NCBI GenBank assembly: GCA_965209055.1
Contig: OZ242374.1
Span: 5,728,001-5,792,000 of the forward strand
Source: Acidobacteriota bacterium
GTDB taxonomy: Bacteria; Acidobacteriota; UBA6911; RPQK01; JAJDTT01
DNA: 64,000 nt
Direction: 5' to 3'
Of the stretch, positions 61,066 to 64,000 are shown piece after piece. The first letter of the stretch is position 1. Each line of letters starts with the position of its first letter. Below the pieces are notes generated by a model. That model was not told the origin of the DNA and did not search any database. It worked only from the letters and a program-made list of their open reading frames with translations. A program made the translations under genes and the position numbers.

Positions 61066-62315
61066 GGGAATTACAAAGTGCAGTTGACACTTTACAGTTC
61101 TGGCGCCACGCTCAGCCTACTGGCCCACGTTCCGGCGCCCAGGGCAAAATTCCCGGCCCTGAGAATGTTCAGGGCCGCGTTGTGGTCCCTGTCCATTCTG
61201 AGATCGCAGGCTGAGGAGCGATACGTCTCGCTCCTCCCAGGTCGATTCCTGACGCCACACCGGTGACAGTCCCGCGACGTGTATTTCGGGTCCACTTCCA
61301 CGAACTCCCGCCCGGCCCACTCTGCCTTGTACTGGAGTTGATTGCGGAGAATGCCCCAGGATTGAGTCGCAATCTCACGATTCAGGCCCTTCTTGTTCAA
61401 ACCCTTCGTGGTCATACCTTTGACGTTCAGTTTCTCGACGGCAATCCGGCCATGCTCCCGGATAATTCCGGTGGTATGCCGATGGCACACATTCCGGTTC
61501 CTGACTTTCTCCCGATAGCGGAGTCGGGCCAGTTGACGGACCCGCTTCTTTCGACGGTTCGACCCCTTCTTGCTTCTTGCGATCGCTCTCTGCTGCTGCC
61601 GGACCTCTGGCCAGTCTCTCCGGTTCCGTTCGATCCGTTCCCCAGTGGACATAACCGCCCGCTTGCGAACTCCAAGATCAATGCCCACCGCAGACGGGCA
61701 TTCCGGCAACGGTTCCTTCTCCACCTCGTAGACCAGATCGACGTAAACCCGATTCGGCTTGCGGACGATCCGCAACGCTTTCAGTTCACCTTCGGGCAGG
61801 GGTCGAGCAGGAAACAACCGAAGCGTGGGGAATCCCTTGATCCGGATCGCGAATCCGCACTTGCGCTTCTTCACCATCGTCGTCTTCGGGTCCACAAAGT
61901 CGATGGTCTCCATCCGCGCGATGGGCCGGAACCGGGGATGCCCCGGCTTCTCCCCCGCCTTGCAGCGACGAAAGAACGCTTGGTAAACCCGGTCCAATCG
62001 AAACAACATTCCCCTTTCGGCCTTGACAGCAATGGACCCCAGTCCTTCCGGGTCGGCCTTGCGCTTCCGGGTCAATCCCTTCATCTGGTCATACAGGGAG
62101 ACGCTTTTCCTGTCCTTCTCCCAGGCGTTCTTTCGCTCCTCCAGGGCGGAGTTGTAGAGACGGTTCAAGACGGACCGAATCCAGTCGAGACGCCGCACCC
62201 CATTCTTGGAGAGTTTCGCCCGGCATTGGAAAGTTGCGTGAGAAATCATTAGATGGATGAGTACTCAATTGGCATGACATTGGTCAACGCACGTCAATTA
62301 GTCTTTATAATTCCC
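61066..62315 (-). mobile_element. Non-autonomous 1250-bp TIR element carrying only tnpB (IS1595-like ends, 8-bp TSD)
   Basis: Ends GGGAATTACAAAGTGCAGTTGAC (61066-61088) and reverse complement GGGAATTATAAAGACTAATTGAC (62293-62315), 18/23 identical. Flanked by direct repeat TTTCGTTT at 61058-61065 and 62316-62323. Confidence 0.85.
61092..62249 (-). CDS. tnpB: RNA-guided endonuclease TnpB family protein
   Basis: LYNSALEER, AFFRR...KPGHPRF, RuvC-I GIDLG, GSNRRKK, RuvC-II AVEKL, YKAEWAG, TSRDCHRCG, RuvC-III DRDHNAALNI. Confidence 0.95.
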   Translation of the reverse strand: MISHATFQCRAKLSKNGVRRLDWIRSVLNRLYNSALEERKNAWEKDRKSVSLYDQMKGLTRKRKADPEGLGSIAVKAERGMLFRLDRVYQAFFRRCKAGEKPGHPRFRPIARMETIDFVDPKTTMVKKRKCGFAIRIKGFPTLRLFPARPLPEGELKALRIVRKPNRVYVDLVYEVEKEPLPECPSAVGIDLGVRKRAVMSTGERIERNRRDWPEVRQQQRAIARSKKGSNRRKKRVRQLARLRYREKVRNRNVCHRHTTGIIREHGRIAVEKLNVKGMTTKGLNKKGLNREIATQSWGILRNQLQYKAEWAGREFVEVDPKYTSRDCHRCGVRNRPGRSETYRSSACDLRMDRDHNAALNILRAGNFALGAGTWASRLSVAPEL

Positions 62316-62375
62316 TTTCGTTTCCTATCTGAGCCTAACGTCCCGGGTGGAAAAAACGCGAAGCGGAGCGGCGGC

Positions 62376-63629
62376 TCACCCGGCAACTGGTGATTGGACG
62401 CCGTTGCAGAGATAGTCGAAAATTTCGTAGTTCCGGGCTCCCTGGGCCGCCCGGGACTCGTACTCGCCGCTCAGCGGTTCCGAGAGCAGCATGGGGACCA
62501 TCACCTCGTGGCGTCCGCCGTGGGACCGCAGGGGTTCGTTCAGGACGCTGAGATCGTGGTCGGCGGGGGTCTTCCCGATGACGGCGCCGGCGTCCGCCAT
62601 CACGACCAGATCGCCGATGCGGTCGGCCGGCAAATCCAGTTCCCTCGACGCCGCAGTGCGATCGTAGACTTCGTCGATGCCGGGCAGCCGGCGGATCCAA
62701 GCAGCCACGGAAGTGGTCTCCGCGGGTTCGGCCACGTGCACCATGACCGCCGAACCCAGGGATCCGTGATGAACGACGTAGGGGTCCGTGATGGGACAGA
62801 CCACTCGGTTCCCCTCTCCGAAACGGTCTCGCAGCAGAGATTCCAGATAAACGACGTTAGGGCTCCCGCCGGGTCCGGTTTTGGCGTTCATGCCGTGGTC
62901 AGCCGTCACTCCAACCCGGGCGCCGGTCTCCAGCAGCGCACCGATCTCCCGGTCCAGCGCCTGGTGAAAATCGAGCGACTGGTCAGACTCGGGAGGAAAT
63001 TTGTGCTGCATGTAGTCGGTCAGGGACAGAAAGAGAAAATCGGCCAGTTTCCTCTGCACGAGGCGGACACCGGCCGCCAGCACGAAGAGGCTGGCGCCGG
63101 CGCTGTAGATCTCCGGCTGCGGCCTGCCCACCAGGTCCTCCAGGTTCCCAATGCCGTGGGTCCCGACGGTGGCGGCCGCGGCCCGCTCCGATGAGAAGGC
63201 GATTCCATCCAGGTCCTTCGTCAGCAGGTCCCGAAGTTTTTCCTTGGCCGTCACCATCGCCACCTTCCTGCCGGCACGGGACGCTGCCGCCAGAATCGTG
63301 TCGCATCGGACATAGCGGGACGAGTTCATCATCAGCTCCCGGCCGGTCCGGGGATCGAGGAAGAAGTTGCCGCTGATCCCGGTGACGGAAGGAGGAACCC
63401 CGGAGACGATGCAGGCATTGTTCACGTTGGTGAAGGAGGGGAGGGCGCCCCGGACCACGGTCTCGAATCCGGCTTCAGCCAGACCGTCCAAATGGGGCAT
63501 GCGGCCGCGATTCCGGGAAACCTTCAGGTACTCGGGGCCGCATCCGTCGATGCAGACCACCGCCAGCGGCTTGGCCGGAGGCCGGTATTGCACTCCGTTG
63601 ACCCGGAAAGGCGTCGTGCTGATCCGCAT
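62376..63629 (-). CDS. phnA: Phosphonoacetate hydrolase
   Basis: VCIDGC, PSFTNVNN, TAKEKLR, TDYMQHK, TADHGMNAK, PITDPYVVHHG, LRSHGG. Confidence 0.92.
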   Translation of the reverse strand: MRISTTPFRVNGVQYRPPAKPLAVVCIDGCGPEYLKVSRNRGRMPHLDGLAEAGFETVVRGALPSFTNVNNACIVSGVPPSVTGISGNFFLDPRTGRELMMNSSRYVRCDTILAAASRAGRKVAMVTAKEKLRDLLTKDLDGIAFSSERAAAATVGTHGIGNLEDLVGRPQPEIYSAGASLFVLAAGVRLVQRKLADFLFLSLTDYMQHKFPPESDQSLDFHQALDREIGALLETGARVGVTADHGMNAKTGPGGSPNVVYLESLLRDRFGEGNRVVCPITDPYVVHHGSLGSAVMVHVAEPAETTSVAAWIRRLPGIDEVYDRTAASRELDLPADRIGDLVVMADAGAVIGKTPADHDLSVLNEPLRSHGGRHEVMVPMLLSEPLSGEYESRAAQGARNYEIFDYLCNGVQSPVAG

Positions 63630-63639
63630 CAGGCCGCCG

Positions 63640-63999
63640 TCAAACGGAGAAATACCAGCGCAGAATCCCGGGGCCCCAGAACGCGGCCGCGGCCGATGCC
63701 ACGCCCAGGAACGTTCCGAACGGCAACGGGTAGCTCCGTCCCTTGGAGCGGGCCCGCATGTAGATGGAGCCGGCGGCGGCCCCGATCACCGAACCCACGA
63801 AGACGCTCAGCAAGGCGCACCTCCAGCCCAGGAAGGCGCCCAGCATGGCGGTCATCTTGACGTCGCCGCATCCCATCCCGTCCACCCCCGAAAAACGGCG
63901 GTAGAGCGCAGCGACCAGCCACAGGAAGCCACCTCCCAGCCCGGCTCCCAGGAGGGAGAATCCCAGGTGGTCCCAGGCGGGTAGCGACGCCGGCCCGGT
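63640..63999 (-). CDS. pilD: Prepilin peptidase (A24), C-terminal part
   Basis: Frame open to the window edge; GMGCGDVKM.AMLGAFLGW and PFGTFL motifs. Confidence 0.88.
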   Translation of the reverse strand, partial: TGPASLPAWDHLGFSLLGAGLGGGFLWLVAALYRRFSGVDGMGCGDVKMTAMLGAFLGWRCALLSVFVGSVIGAAAGSIYMRARSKGRSYPLPFGTFLGVASAAAAFWGPGILRWYFSV

Positions 64000-64000
64000 C

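Noticed and set aside
61092-62249. TnpB as a Cas12f-like CRISPR effector or as a canonical IS605/IS607 element
   Set aside because: No CRISPR array, cas genes or tnpA nearby, and the boundaries are TIRs with a TSD. Nested insertion of an IS605 derivative into a pre-existing MITE at the TTGAC/TCAA motifs cannot be fully excluded.

Overview
GC-rich bacterial window, probably Acidobacteriota. That inference rests on the F1-type atp operon with b/b' but no atpB/atpE, bshC-bshB1, an Oar-type TonB-dependent receptor and many secreted sulfatase/BNR/propeller proteins. The first ~23 kb is accessory and catabolic: hydrolases, racemase, sulfatase, DUF1080, BNR/GH32-like propellers, a Rieske oxygenase and a TolC-MFP-RND efflux set. 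It is followed by tRNA-Gln, atpF'FHAGDC, a TBDR, mmsA, a Fur-rubrerythrin fusion, a macro-domain protein, pepF, tRNA-Val, a frameshifted proC, bioB, ruvX-mltG, an ABC exporter pair, a sugar transferase, bshB1-bshC, comEA, tnpB, phnA and partial pilD. The most notable feature is the solo tnpB. It sits in a 1250-bp element (61066-62315) with 23-bp imperfect terminal inverted repeats and a perfect 8-bp target-site duplication (TTTCGTTT). These are DDE/IS1595-like ends rather than IS200/IS605 ends, and the element is inserted just upstream of comEA. A separate ~243-bp palindromic MITE-like element (52909-53151) overlaps the stop codon of one gene and the predicted start codon of the next. All calls were made by eye from motifs; no database searches were run.
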